32,000 nt of DNA from Pseudodesulfovibrio piezophilus C1TLV30 (GCF_000341895.1 NC_020409.1:120001-152000), one strand, 5' to 3'. Positions 1-10,530 are shown, counted from the stretch's first letter. Program-made: numbers and translations. Notes: generated by a model not told the origin, from the letters alone.

Positions 1-340
1 ATCTTCTGGGATCGTGGCTGTTTTTTGACTTTGATTTCGAGCTTGAGGGCCGTGCTTTTATCCGCAACATCCACACTGCTGATCAATTCGACCGGAGTTC
101 GAGAGCGGGTATATTTGGAAGCTGTGCCTGAGTTGTGTTGGGCAAGTCGACGTTGGAGATTGTTCGTAATGCCACAATAAAGCGTCTCATCAGAACACTT
201 CAGAAGATAAACGGACCATTTTTGCATTGGCTGACTCTAACGGGAAGTTTTCATGTGGTCAAAGCCTCGATATCGCGAAGCTTGCATAATGGCGGTGACC
301 ATTATATCCACTGTGCTCAACGAAAAAGGAATCTTTCATT

Positions 341-2314
341 ATGTCCCGAATTACTGTCCAAAGTCTTGGTAAATCCTACGGAGGCGAATCTGTCTTTTCA
401 GATGTCGCTTTCGAGGTCACCCCAGGTATGCGTCTTGCCCTTACCGGCCCTAACGGGTGCGGAAAGAGTACCTTGCTCAAGATTCTCGCCGGGGAGATCG
501 AACAGGATGAAGGGCAAGTGACGGTTTCCCGAACAGCGCGGGTTGGGTATGTCGAGCAGGAGATGAAAGGCGATGTTCTTGCCGAAACCCTTTTGTCATG
601 GGTTTTGTCGGCATTGCCGTCGTGGAACTCCTTCTGGAAGGATTGGGAGATGGCTGTCGCTGCTGATGACGGTAATCGTATCGAGAAATTGGCACATCGG
701 CAGGCTGAGTTCGAGGAATTGTACGGGTATAATCCCGACCATAAAGCCAGAGCCATATTGAGTGGGTTGGGGTTTGCTGATGAAGATTTGCTCAAAACAC
801 TTGGTGAGCTTTCGGGTGGGTGGCGAGAACGGGCAAAGCTTGGGAGGGTCCTGTTGCAGGGAGCCGATATCCTGCTTCTTGATGAACCGACCAACCATTT
901 GGATTTGGAAGCAGTCGAGTGGCTTGAAGAATATCTTTTGAATTTTCGGGGAGCCTTGGCTTTTGTTGTCCATGATCGGATATTCCTTAACCGTGTAGCA
1001 ACGCATGTTGTTTTTCTTGGTGCGGGGAAACCGGTTTTAAGGCGGGGAAATTTTGATGATTTTCTTGCTTGGGATGCGGAAAATGCAGATCAGCGAGCCA
1101 AAGAAGCTGCCAAGCTTTCCGCTCGGATTGAAAATGAGTACAAATATATCAACAAATTTCGAGTGAAAGCTCGTAAGGCAGCTCAAGCTCAAAGTAAGCT
1201 CAAGAAAGTTGAGAAGCTTGAACAGGAATTGAATCAGATAAAAGAGGTACAAGCGACTTCCCACCGAGGGAAAAGCCTCAATTTTCGTCTCCCTGCTCCG
1301 AAGCGTGGCGATAAGGTTCCAGTTGCCGCTGTTGATCTTGAGTTTGCTTATGAGGGAGAAAACTCTGTCTGGCCAAAGCTCAATTTTCAGCTCTTCAGGG
1401 GCAAGAAGATTGCTCTTGTGGCTCCTAATGGGGCGGGGAAGTCTACGCTCCTCAAGCTGATTATGGGGGATTTGCAACCATATGCAGGGCATACCAAGAT
1501 TGGTAATGGGACAGAGGTCGGGTATTTCAGTCAGCACCAGCACGAAATCTTGAATCTTGGTAATACGGTCATCAGTGAGATTCGACGTCTGTCGGACCCC
1601 GGTTTGACAGAAGAGCAGGTCATGAGTGTACTTGGGCTGTTTCTTCTTGGAGAGGCTTTTTTTGAAAGAAAAGTTCAAGCGCTTTCAGGTGGAGAAAAAA
1701 GTCGTCTCCTTTTAGCAACTCTTTTTTTGGCTCGTGCAAATTTTCTTATTCTTGATGAGCCAACCAACCATCTTGATATTGAGACTCGAGAGGGTTTGAT
1801 TCGTGCGCTTAAGGATTATGAAGGCACGTTACTTTTTGTCGCTCACGATCGTTACTTGCTCAATGAAGTTGCCGAAGAGGTCTGGTCTCTTGAAGAGACA
1901 GGTATTACACAGTATCTTGGAGGCTTTGAAGGATTTTACGCAAAGCGTAAACAGGAAGAAGCATGCAAGGCCGGAGTTGCCTCCTGTAAGCCTGAAGAAA
2001 TCAGGGAAAAGCGTAAATTGAGTAAAGATGAAAAACGGCGACAGGCAGAGAATAGAAATACTCTCTATCGTAAGCTCAAGCCGTTGCGAAAGGAATATGA
2101 AAAGTTGGAATCCGACCTTGAAAAGGTTTTTGATGAACAGGCGGAACTTGAAATGAAGATGAATGACCCCGCGACATATGAAAGACCTGAAGATGCATTG
2201 AAGTTGAATGCCGCTTATAAAGATGCAACGGAATGGGCTGATAACCTTATGATTCGCATGGGAGAGTTGGAAGAACAGATTGAAGCTGTGACCACTGAAT
2301 TTGGAGACGAATGA
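341..2314 (+). CDS. ABC-F family ATPase (Uup/YheS-like, soluble, tandem ABC cassettes)
   Basis: 657-aa ORF with two cassettes. Walker A motifs are GPNGCGKST and APNGAGKST. ABC signatures are LSGGWRERAKL and LSGGEKSRLLL. Walker B motifs are ILLLDEPTNHLD and FLILDEPTNHLD. There are no TM segments. A charged linker and a coiled-coil C-terminal tail are typical of ABC-F. Confidence 0.9.
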   Translation: MSRITVQSLGKSYGGESVFSDVAFEVTPGMRLALTGPNGCGKSTLLKILAGEIEQDEGQVTVSRTARVGYVEQEMKGDVLAETLLSWVLSALPSWNSFWKDWEMAVAADDGNRIEKLAHRQAEFEELYGYNPDHKARAILSGLGFADEDLLKTLGELSGGWRERAKLGRVLLQGADILLLDEPTNHLDLEAVEWLEEYLLNFRGALAFVVHDRIFLNRVATHVVFLGAGKPVLRRGNFDDFLAWDAENADQRAKEAAKLSARIENEYKYINKFRVKARKAAQAQSKLKKVEKLEQELNQIKEVQATSHRGKSLNFRLPAPKRGDKVPVAAVDLEFAYEGENSVWPKLNFQLFRGKKIALVAPNGAGKSTLLKLIMGDLQPYAGHTKIGNGTEVGYFSQHQHEILNLGNTVISEIRRLSDPGLTEEQVMSVLGLFLLGEAFFERKVQALSGGEKSRLLLATLFLARANFLILDEPTNHLDIETREGLIRALKDYEGTLLFVAHDRYLLNEVAEEVWSLEETGITQYLGGFEGFYAKRKQEEACKAGVASCKPEEIREKRKLSKDEKRRQAENRNTLYRKLKPLRKEYEKLESDLEKVFDEQAELEMKMNDPATYERPEDALKLNAAYKDATEWADNLMIRMGELEEQIEAVTTEFGDE

Positions 2315-2700
2315 TGAAACCGGTACTTGATGTCGTCGCGGGTGTTATTTGGAAAGATGGGCAGTATCTTGCTGTGGAACGTCCAGAGGGGTTCAGAATG
2401 GCCGGGATGTGGGAATTCCCCGGTGGCAAGGTTGAAAAAGGGGAGGCTCGCGATGCAGCCCTTGTTCGCGAATTGCAGGAAGAATTGAACATTACTCCGA
2501 CAGAGTTTTCATTTTGGCGTCACTTGGTCCATGAATATGATGATTTTTTTGTCGGGTTGCAGTTTTATACCATTACAGCCTATTCTGGAGAACTGAAGCC
2601 TCTTGAGAATCAACGATTACAGTGGGTTGACCCCTCCCTGCCTCCGACACTCGAATACCTTCCCGCTGACATCGCGATTGTTGAAGCATTGCATCACTAA
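2311..2700 (+). CDS. mutT: NUDIX hydrolase, MutT-like (8-oxo-dGTP diphosphatase type)
   Basis: 129-aa ORF with Nudix box GGKVEKGEARDAALVRELQEELNI. The start overlaps the upstream stop (ATGA), suggesting translational coupling. Confidence 0.8.
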   Translation: MMKPVLDVVAGVIWKDGQYLAVERPEGFRMAGMWEFPGGKVEKGEARDAALVRELQEELNITPTEFSFWRHLVHEYDDFFVGLQFYTITAYSGELKPLENQRLQWVDPSLPPTLEYLPADIAIVEALHH

Positions 2701-2828
2701 TTGAATCAGGACATGGCGGGAATGACAGTCACTTCGTCATTGAACGTTCCGTAAAGAAGGCGTATGTAATTTCACTTACCTGTTTAAACAATAAGCAGGT
2801 TTCGAAACGAATTTTTAAGGAGTATCCA

Positions 2829-3701
2829 TTGCGTGTCTGTGATTTGATCGAGAGAAAACGTCCTTTTATTTCTTTGGAGTTTTTTCCCCCAAAGGAAAAA
2901 GATGCATGGCCAGGCTTTTTTGATGTGGTCGAAAAGCTCAAGGAACTGAAGCCTCTCTTTGCTTCCGTGACTTATGGCGCCGGTGGCGGCACTCAGGATA
3001 ACACTCTTGAAATCGCAACCCGCATGAAACGGGATCATGGAATAGAGCCGATAACACACCTTACTAGTGTGGGAGCTTCTGCAGAAAAGCTGGATGCTTT
3101 TTTGCGAAACTTGCGGGATGCCAATATCGAAAATGTGTTGGCTCTGCGCGGCGATCCTCCTGCTGGGGTTCCTGATTTTGATTTTAATGCGCAGGAATTC
3201 AAACATGCGACGGATGTTATTGAGTTTATAAGAGAGCGGTATCCTGAAATATGTGTTGGTGGCGCAGCCTACCCAGAGCCGCATCCAGAGTCATCGACCA
3301 TTCAATCTGACTTGGATATGGTTGATCTTAAAGTAAAAAAAGGTGCCAAGTTTCTTGTCACTCAATTGTTTTTCGATAATCGCCTTTATTTTGATTATGT
3401 TGAACGTTTGAAGCTCATGGGATCGGATGTGCCGGTTATCCCCGGTGTGTTGCCTATTATGAGCCTCCGTTCCGCGAAGTTTATCCTTGGTCTGTGTGGA
3501 GCCGCCATCCCTGGAAAATTCCTGAGTGCTTTGGAAAAAGCACATACTGAAGGCGGCGACGATGCTGTGTATGCCCTTGGAATGGAATATGCTGTCAAAC
3601 AGGCCAGAGAATTGGTGGACGGGGGCGCACCGGGTGTTCATTTGTATACGCTTAATCGAGCGGAGGCTTGTCTCGAAATTGGCAGAAAGTTGAATTTTTA
3701 A
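2829..3701 (+). CDS. metF: 5,10-methylenetetrahydrofolate reductase
   Basis: 290-aa ORF with MetF-like blocks LEFFPPK, VTYGAGGGT, HLTSVG, LALRGDPP and FLVTQLFFD. A TTG start lies 6 nt after AAGGAG. Confidence 0.85.
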   Translation: MRVCDLIERKRPFISLEFFPPKEKDAWPGFFDVVEKLKELKPLFASVTYGAGGGTQDNTLEIATRMKRDHGIEPITHLTSVGASAEKLDAFLRNLRDANIENVLALRGDPPAGVPDFDFNAQEFKHATDVIEFIRERYPEICVGGAAYPEPHPESSTIQSDLDMVDLKVKKGAKFLVTQLFFDNRLYFDYVERLKLMGSDVPVIPGVLPIMSLRSAKFILGLCGAAIPGKFLSALEKAHTEGGDDAVYALGMEYAVKQARELVDGGAPGVHLYTLNRAEACLEIGRKLNF

Positions 3702-3719
3702 GAGAGATTGGAGAGAGTA

Positions 3720-4745
3720 ATGAAGAGCAATCCCGTTGTAGCCGTATGTGGAGCAACCGGCGCGGTCGGTCAGGAAATGTTGAAGGTTCTGGAACAGAGA
3801 GAATTTCCGTATTCCAAAATAATTCCGATGGCTTCTGCCAGGAGTGCTGGCAAGAAAGTGGAGTTCAAAGGAGAAGAGTTGACTGTTGTCGAGTTGACTG
3901 AAGATTCTTTTGAAGGTGTTGACTTGGCCCTGTTCTCCGCAGGTGGGTCAACTTCCGAAAAATTTGCACCTATCGCTGTTCAATCAGGTTGTGTCGTGGT
4001 GGATAATTCTTCTGCCTGGCGTATGGATGATGAGTGTCCTTTGGTTGTGCCTGAAGTGAATCCGGAAGACCTTGACTGGCATAAAGGCATCATTGCCAAT
4101 CCCAATTGTTCAACTATTCAGATGATGGTTGCTTTGAAGCCTATTCATGATGAAGCTCGGATCAAGCGGGTTGTGGTTTCCACATATCAGGCTGTTTCCG
4201 GGACAGGGCAGAAGGCTATTGAAGAGTTGGAAAACCAGACTCGTCGTCTGATGTCGGGACAGCCTGTTGTGGCGGATGTCTATCCTCATCAGATCGCATT
4301 TAACTGTCTGCCACAGATAGATGTGTTCATGGAAAACGGATATACCAAAGAAGAAATGAAGATGGTTCACGAAACCATCAAGATCATGGGGGACCCCACA
4401 ATCAAGGTTACAGCGACCTGTGTTCGGGTTCCGGTATTTTATGGGCACAGCGAATCTTTGAATATAGAGACCCAAGAGAAAATGAAGGCAGATGATGTTC
4501 GCGCTCTTCTTGCGAAATCTCCCGGTGTGATAGTCGAAGATTACCCAGAGAAGAAAGCATACCCCATGCCGGTAGATGCCGCTGGTGATGATGCAACCTA
4601 TGTCGGCCGTATTCGTGAAGATGAAACCATTGAGAACGGTATTAACATGTGGGTGGTTTCCGATAATATTCGCAAGGGTGCCGCGCTGAATACCATTCAG
4701 ATTGCTGAGACGCTGATACAACGAAATCTACTTCGCGTTCCCTAA
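3720..4745 (+). CDS. asd: aspartate-semialdehyde dehydrogenase
   Basis: Rossmann N-terminus VAVCGATGAVGQ and active-site block ANPNCSTIQ, with an Asd-like C-terminal dimerisation domain. ATG at 3720 preceded by GGAGAGAG is preferred over the upstream TTG at 3708 in the ORF track. Confidence 0.9.
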   Translation: MKSNPVVAVCGATGAVGQEMLKVLEQREFPYSKIIPMASARSAGKKVEFKGEELTVVELTEDSFEGVDLALFSAGGSTSEKFAPIAVQSGCVVVDNSSAWRMDDECPLVVPEVNPEDLDWHKGIIANPNCSTIQMMVALKPIHDEARIKRVVVSTYQAVSGTGQKAIEELENQTRRLMSGQPVVADVYPHQIAFNCLPQIDVFMENGYTKEEMKMVHETIKIMGDPTIKVTATCVRVPVFYGHSESLNIETQEKMKADDVRALLAKSPGVIVEDYPEKKAYPMPVDAAGDDATYVGRIREDETIENGINMWVVSDNIRKGAALNTIQIAETLIQRNLLRVP

Positions 4746-4756
4746 GGAAAAATAAG

Positions 4757-5698
4757 ATGGTGAAAATTGCAGACAAGGACACCTATCTGAAGGCCATGCT
4801 TGAGTGTGAACGTCCTGGCGCATCGGAGGTTCATGCTTTTTATGAGCATCGTGTCGGGATGATCTGTACCGATCCAGCTTTGATGCTCATGCCTTGGGAT
4901 GATCATCTTGTTCATCGGGGAGATGGTATCTTTGAAACGATGAAATTCGTGGGGAAAAAGCTGTATCAGCTGGAACCTCACATGGAGCGTATGAAGCGGT
5001 CAAGTGCTGCTATCTACCTGGAACCTCCATGCTCCTGGGATACAATCAGCCAGCTTGTGCTGGATGTGGCGCGTGCCGGAGAGAGTGATGACGGTATGGT
5101 TCGTGTGCTTCTCGGACGCGGGCCCGGCGGCTTTGGTATTTATCCTTCTGAGTGCCCAGAGGCCAGTCTGTATGTCGTCTCGTATGCTCTTCATCACAAA
5201 GCTGATACCGTCTATGAAAATGGTGTTACCGCCTTCAAAACATCAATTCCCGCCAAGCAATCCTATCTGGCGACAATCAAATCCATCGACTATCTGCCAA
5301 ACGTTTTAATGAAGCGCGAAGCAGAAGAGAAGGGATATGATTTCCCATTTTGTTTTAATGGTGATGGGTTCCTGGCTGAAGGGGCGACTGAAAATGTCTG
5401 TATAGTTTCTCAGGATGGTAAATTGGTCATACCTGAATTCACCAATGCTCTGGCGGGAACGACGCTCATGCGTGCCGTTGATCTGATCAAGGGAGAAATG
5501 CCAATTATTTTTCGTGGGATCAGTGAAGAAGAAATCCTCGAAGCCAGGGAAGTGGTTATTGTCGGCACGACTGGGGATGCTATCCCGGTGGTGCGCTTCA
5601 ATGGGAAACCTATTCATGATGTTCGGCCAGGGCCTGTGGCTTACCGAATTCGAGAATTACTGGTAGAAGATTTGGAGAAAAACGGTATTGCTTTGTAG
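4757..5698 (+). CDS. class IV aminotransferase (branched-chain / D-amino-acid aminotransferase-like)
   Basis: 313-aa ORF with the fold-type IV block HRGDGIFET and overall IlvE/PabC-like length. The exact substrate cannot be assigned by eye. Confidence 0.7.
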   Translation: MVKIADKDTYLKAMLECERPGASEVHAFYEHRVGMICTDPALMLMPWDDHLVHRGDGIFETMKFVGKKLYQLEPHMERMKRSSAAIYLEPPCSWDTISQLVLDVARAGESDDGMVRVLLGRGPGGFGIYPSECPEASLYVVSYALHHKADTVYENGVTAFKTSIPAKQSYLATIKSIDYLPNVLMKREAEEKGYDFPFCFNGDGFLAEGATENVCIVSQDGKLVIPEFTNALAGTTLMRAVDLIKGEMPIIFRGISEEEILEAREVVIVGTTGDAIPVVRFNGKPIHDVRPGPVAYRIRELLVEDLEKNGIAL

Positions 5699-5763
5699 CC
5701 TGATGGTATGATGAAAAATGGTTGAGACAGCCATGTTTTGCAGATTGCTATAAACATTTGGTA

Positions 5764-5798
5764 GAGGCCGCCCATATATTGGGTGGCCTCATCTTTTT
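5764..5798 (+). terminator. rho-independent terminator shared by convergent genes
   Basis: GAGGCCGCCCA-TATAT-TGGGTGGCCTC forms an 11-bp stem with one G.U pair, followed by ATCTTTTT. It sits between the aminotransferase stop and the convergent GT2-like stop. Confidence 0.6.
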
Positions 5799-6705
5799 AC
5801 CTGCTGGCTTCCACTGTCAGTGGGGACAGATCGAATTGACGTATCGCCTCTTGTGCGAGGACGTCGGTTCCCATTGTCTTCATATGAAATTCGTGAATCA
5901 TGCGTGAAACCTCCACGGCGGTAGGGATTACCATAAAATGTGCGGCCTGTGCCCAGGATTCTCCTCGGAGATAAGACAGTGCCCACTTCACAGTATGAAT
6001 GTGGAAAAAAGCCTGATTGTTTATGACGATCATTGCCTTGCATCGACCATCTTCTGCTCGTTCCCGGAAGCTGATCTTGACATGTTCACATGATGCCAGA
6101 GGGTAATTTATATGGAAGAATCTGCTTCCGGTGTTGGCAGCTTGAATCCACATTTCCCAGTCGCGATAGATCGTGTTGTTCTTGAATCCATCGGTTCTCT
6201 CAAAAGCCTCACGTCTCATACTCACAGCTGGTCCAAGAATGTTTCTGGATTGGAGCAAGGATTCATCAAAGTCAGGCAATTGAACCATGCCAGGTCGAAT
6301 GGACGAAGCCTTTCTCGGAGCCAGGCGGATATAGTCAGTGTAAACAATATCCGCCTCAGGTGAACTTTCATAGACTGAGAGCACTGTCGTCAGATACTTG
6401 GGATCAAGACGATAGTCGGAACGGACAAAAAGGATCAAATCTCCTTGTGCCGACTGGGCTGCGAGGTTGCGCGCTTCCGAAGGTGAGAGAGTCTTTGGAG
6501 CTGGTATCAAGTGAATTGCTTCAATTCCGGCAATGGCAGACCAGATAGAATTTGATACTGTTGAATTTCCTTCTTCTATAACTATAAGAATTTCAACCAT
6601 TTCTAAGCCGGTTGATTGTCGGGCAATTGATTGCAGCAAGCGGGGGAGGCCTGGATGGGGTTCCAAGTCGGAAACGAGTATGGAGACATTCTTGATCGTC
6701 TGCAT
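5797..6705 (-). CDS. glycosyltransferase family 2-like protein (weak assignment)
   Basis: 302-aa ORF. The N-terminal segment VSILVS...LLQSIARQS and a downstream acidic DY/D-x-D-like region resemble a GT-A fold. No strong motif was recognised. Confidence 0.45.
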   Translation of the reverse strand: MQTIKNVSILVSDLEPHPGLPRLLQSIARQSTGLEMVEILIVIEEGNSTVSNSIWSAIAGIEAIHLIPAPKTLSPSEARNLAAQSAQGDLILFVRSDYRLDPKYLTTVLSVYESSPEADIVYTDYIRLAPRKASSIRPGMVQLPDFDESLLQSRNILGPAVSMRREAFERTDGFKNNTIYRDWEMWIQAANTGSRFFHINYPLASCEHVKISFRERAEDGRCKAMIVINNQAFFHIHTVKWALSYLRGESWAQAAHFMVIPTAVEVSRMIHEFHMKTMGTDVLAQEAIRQFDLSPLTVEASR

Positions 6706-6973
6706 CGTTTTCCACCAGAGGGTTGATATATAGAGACACTCGCTCTATGCGTGAGTATAAAATTATCCTCACTCGTGCTTTTTTTATCGGCGTAATAATG
6801 GAAATCTTTAGGGACAAAAGTGTTTCACTTGCAATAAATCGATGTCGTTGTCTTGAGTCCTTTGCTTGCACAGGACCCAACCTTCACGTATGTTTTATAA
6901 AAGTCATTGGTTTTCTCTGGGGCGTCCCCTTATGATCGGACGATCTTACTCATACTTCACATGGTGGTGATGC

Positions 6974-9652
6974 GTGGCGATTTTTAAATGCGATTCCTGC
7001 GAATACAAACGGAATGTCCCGGATTCTCTTACGGGGAAAAAAGCAAAGTGCCCTGAGTGCGGTCGAGGTGTGACCATTGTCGAGACCCTCTTGCCGGGTG
7101 GTCATTCTTTTGAAAAAACAGGAAGCATTGAGCTGGGTGTGACCAATTCAAATAGGGTGGATCAGATATCCCAGGGCATAGGTGAGGGCGAAGATATTGT
7201 CTGCGATCAGTGTGGGCATGTGATGCAGGACTCTGATGAGGCGATGACCACGTGTGCCCATTGTGGTCATGCTCTCAAAAGAAACTCTGACGCGCTGAAG
7301 GTGACAGAAGAGAATATCGACGTAAGTGACTTGGCCAACGAAAATGCGCCCGATATTTGGGAGTCTGATTTTCCGGGCAATCTCAATGTTTCAAGCACTT
7401 CTCTTGATGCAGAAGAGGAGTGGCAGGGGTGGAGACTGTTTGAAGGGAATCTTGCGTTGAATGTTTTTTCCGGTTTGGTCTCCGGTCTTCTCGCCTTTTA
7501 TTTTGCAGTGGCCATGTCGTTGCTCGCAGCTTCTCAAAACGGCGTGCATGAGTTGTTGCCGTATATCCTCTCCACTGCTTTGACGGGGATGGCTATTGGG
7601 TGTTTTGTTTTTGCCTTGATGAGCAGAATTCCATTTGCTGTTTCCGGCCCTGGCACCATTTCAGCTGCGATTCTTCTTTTCTTTCTTGGTTCTATCTATC
7701 GAACCATGGCAGGAACCTATTTGCCAGAAGAAATAACAGCTACCATCATTGCATCCATCATTGTCACTTCTCTCTCCGCTGGTGCTGGTTTGTGGCTGGT
7801 GGGTCGACTGAAGGCCGGAGAACTCACCAGATATATACCTATTCAGATCATTGGTGGAGTGATTGGGGCTGTTGGAGTGTGCGTGGTCATTGTGGCCTTT
7901 GAGTGGATGGGGAACTTTCCCATGGATTGGGGAAATGTTCTCGATACTTTCAAGAATTGTCTTCTTGGGATGAATGCCGCTGAATGCGTTTCAAGTATGG
8001 GGCCAGGGGTTGTTTTTGGCCTCGTTCTCTTCATGGGACTTCACAGATTCAAGAATTCCCTGTTTTTGTTAGGTCTTCTTCTCGTCGCCTCTGCCGTCGG
8101 CTATGCCTGTGGTATATGGGGCAATGATGTCATTACACAGTCTCTTGCCATGCCTGTCCCTGATTTGGAGGGAGGCGTTCCCTTATTTACGGTCAAGTTG
8201 CTTCAGTCTGGATTTCATCAAATCCAATGGCATATCATGAGAGAGAATATCCTCTTTATCGGCGCGTTGGCTTTGCTCGTCATGCTGACAACCATGTATA
8301 GAACAACCAGACTCGAATTGCTCTTGGGGAAAGAAGTCGATTTGAGCAAAGAGTTCGAGGCTCTTGGCATCACAAACATTATTTCCGGGTTATGCGGAGG
8401 TATGCCGTCGGCCCTTTCCTATGGTCGGAGTGCCGGTAATCGTGCTACCGGCGCAACCGGACCACTTTCCGGCATTGTTGCGGGTATCGTGTGTGCTGCT
8501 GGATTATATTTTGTGGATACCGTGCTTCCTCTGATTCCTCGGTTTGTGCCGGAAGGATTGTTGCTTTTTTCTGGGGTTGCGCTTGTGAATGGGTGGATGT
8601 TCAAAGCCAAAACTGCTTTTACTCGTCGAGACGATCTTTGGATGTTGTGGAGCGTTTTTCTCACGACTCTTCTATGCGGGCTGGTGGTTGGAGTCGGATT
8701 CAGTGTCGCTTTGGCCTTGATGGTAACTGTGAGCCGGAATAGCCGAGGTGGTGTTATACGAAATATTCTTTCAGGAGCGAACCACCGCAGCAATGTTGAT
8801 AGAGCTCCGGCTCAGCAACGGACACTCAAGGAGTATGGCGATCATATTCATGTCATCCGGTTGCAAGGTTTTCTCTTTCTGGGGTCAATGCGAAGTCTTA
8901 TCAAGAATATCCGTGAAAGGATGGAGGAAAGAGACCTTCTGCCGGTGGAGTATCTGATCTTGGATTTTCGAATGGTGAGTGGGGTCGCTTCTGCTGCGAG
9001 CGTCGGCTTTGAAAAGTTGCATCAACTTGGAGAAGAGTATGGGATTGATATAATCATAACCAGTGCGCCGCTCGAACTTGAAGAGCATCTTGAGAAGAGT
9101 GGACATCTCGGTGATCACCACGGTGCATTCAAGGTCTTTTTCAATTTGGATTATGCATTGGAATGGTGTGAAAACCATGTGCTGGATGCGGAAAATATGC
9201 TTCACATGAAGCAGATGACCTTACCTGAGCTTCTGGCTCCGGTCTTTCCTGAGCCGAAATATATTCCTGCCCTCATGAAGGTCTTGAAACGAGTCGAAGT
9301 TGCGAAGGGCGAAGTCCTGTTCAGGCAGGGGGATATTTCTGATTCACTCTTTTTTGTGGAATCCGGCCGACTTGATGTAGAACTGGAGATGGAAGGCAGA
9401 AAGATTTTGCGGTTGAAAAAAGTAGGTCCGGGTGCCGTGTTCGGGGAAATGGGGATTTATACCAGAGAACCTCGGACTGCGACTCTCAAAGCTACAGAAC
9501 GCTGCGTTTTGTACATGATGACAACAGAGAAATTGGCAGCCGTAGAAAAGCGCGCTCCCATGCTCGTTTCAGCTCTTCATAAGTATATGGTCACAATGTT
9601 GTCAGGTCGACTCGGTGACGCTAATATCAAGGTCCGTGACTTGATGTCCTAG
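6974..9652 (+). CDS. SulP-family anion transporter fused to N-terminal zinc ribbons, a STAS domain and a C-terminal cyclic-nucleotide-binding domain
   Basis: 892-aa ORF with a GTG start. It has two CxxC...CxxC ribbons (CDSC..CPEC and CDQC..CAHC) and about 10-12 hydrophobic helices of SulP type. A STAS-like block is IHVIRLQGFLFLGS...LILDFRMVSGVASAA. A CAP/cNMP block is FRQGD...FGEMGIY...PRTATLKA. Confidence 0.85.
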   Translation: MAIFKCDSCEYKRNVPDSLTGKKAKCPECGRGVTIVETLLPGGHSFEKTGSIELGVTNSNRVDQISQGIGEGEDIVCDQCGHVMQDSDEAMTTCAHCGHALKRNSDALKVTEENIDVSDLANENAPDIWESDFPGNLNVSSTSLDAEEEWQGWRLFEGNLALNVFSGLVSGLLAFYFAVAMSLLAASQNGVHELLPYILSTALTGMAIGCFVFALMSRIPFAVSGPGTISAAILLFFLGSIYRTMAGTYLPEEITATIIASIIVTSLSAGAGLWLVGRLKAGELTRYIPIQIIGGVIGAVGVCVVIVAFEWMGNFPMDWGNVLDTFKNCLLGMNAAECVSSMGPGVVFGLVLFMGLHRFKNSLFLLGLLLVASAVGYACGIWGNDVITQSLAMPVPDLEGGVPLFTVKLLQSGFHQIQWHIMRENILFIGALALLVMLTTMYRTTRLELLLGKEVDLSKEFEALGITNIISGLCGGMPSALSYGRSAGNRATGATGPLSGIVAGIVCAAGLYFVDTVLPLIPRFVPEGLLLFSGVALVNGWMFKAKTAFTRRDDLWMLWSVFLTTLLCGLVVGVGFSVALALMVTVSRNSRGGVIRNILSGANHRSNVDRAPAQQRTLKEYGDHIHVIRLQGFLFLGSMRSLIKNIRERMEERDLLPVEYLILDFRMVSGVASAASVGFEKLHQLGEEYGIDIIITSAPLELEEHLEKSGHLGDHHGAFKVFFNLDYALEWCENHVLDAENMLHMKQMTLPELLAPVFPEPKYIPALMKVLKRVEVAKGEVLFRQGDISDSLFFVESGRLDVELEMEGRKILRLKKVGPGAVFGEMGIYTREPRTATLKATERCVLYMMTTEKLAAVEKRAPMLVSALHKYMVTMLSGRLGDANIKVRDLMS

Positions 9653-10530
9653 GAGCTTTTGAGTTCTGGGAATTCATGTCCCATATATTCCTTCAGTGCC
9701 TCTTGCCATGAACGGGGTGTGATCCCTGTGAGTTGGGTGAAGTCGGAAAGATCAAGCACTGAGTATTTTGGTCTGACTGCTTTGGTCGGATACTTGTGTG
9801 ACGGAACCGGCTCAATAGTGCAGTTTAGCCCGGCTATTTTGACAGCTTCTGATGCAAGTCCGAACCATGACGTTGTCCCTGAATTGGCGAGATGGTATAT
9901 GCCATTGGCGTCATGTCTGATGAGGGCCAAAGTGTTTTCAGCTATATCAGTGGTATATGAGGGCGATCCTATTTGATCGTTGACGACAGTAATCTGCATT
10001 TCCCTTTGAGCAAAGGAAAGGATCTTTTCGACAAAATTCATTTTCCCTGCCCCGAAGAGCCACGAAATACGAATAAGCAGAGTCTTGTCATAGCCAAATT
10101 CGAGCAGGTTTCTTTCCCCTTCGGCCTTGCTGATTCCATACACCGAGAATGCGCCCGGTTTGTCAGTGACCCCGTACGGACGTTTCTTATCCCCTCTGAA
10201 CACAAAATCTGTGCTGTAATGGACAAGGAGAATGTCCCGTTTGGCTGCTTCAACTGCTAGGAGTAGAGGGGCGGTGGCATTGAGGGAAAATGCGGCTTCT
10301 GTTTCATCTTCAGCACGGTCAACGTTCGTATATGCGGCAGCATTGATGATAAGGTCCGGATTGATTTTGTTTAGAATCTTCTCAATTCCCTTGGGGTTGA
10401 GGATGTCGCAATCCGAACTGGAGAGGGGGATCGGAAGAGCCTTGGCGACGAGGAGAGCTTTGGTGACAGCTTTCCCCAATAGTCCATTTTTTCCCCCAAA
10501 AATAATGACGTGTTTACCTTTGAGGTCCAC
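9649..10530 (-). CDS. rfbD: dTDP-4-dehydrorhamnose reductase
   Basis: RfbD-like blocks NAAAYTNVDRAE, HYSTDFVF and YGISK. GTG at 10530 (AAGGAG 8 nt upstream, overlapping the rfbB TAG as TAGTG) is preferred. The ORF-track start at 10551 is the alternative. Confidence 0.8.
   Translation of the reverse strand: MDLKGKHVIIFGGKNGLLGKAVTKALLVAKALPIPLSSSDCDILNPKGIEKILNKINPDLIINAAAYTNVDRAEDETEAAFSLNATAPLLLAVEAAKRDILLVHYSTDFVFRGDKKRPYGVTDKPGAFSVYGISKAEGERNLLEFGYDKTLLIRISWLFGAGKMNFVEKILSFAQREMQITVVNDQIGSPSYTTDIAENTLALIRHDANGIYHLANSGTTSWFGLASEAVKIAGLNCTIEPVPSHKYPTKAVRPKYSVLDLSDFTQLTGITPRSWQEALKEYMGHEFPELKSS

Noticed and set aside
1037-1678. A 213-aa minus-strand ORF, and other small ORFs (135-521, 376-894, 596-1006), overlapping the ABC-F gene.
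   Set aside because: They are antisense or off-frame to an ORF with two complete ABC cassettes.
2701-2828. A SAM/methionine-type riboswitch upstream of metF.
   Set aside because: No conserved riboswitch blocks or extended pairing were recognisable. Only a weak 4-bp hairpin is present.
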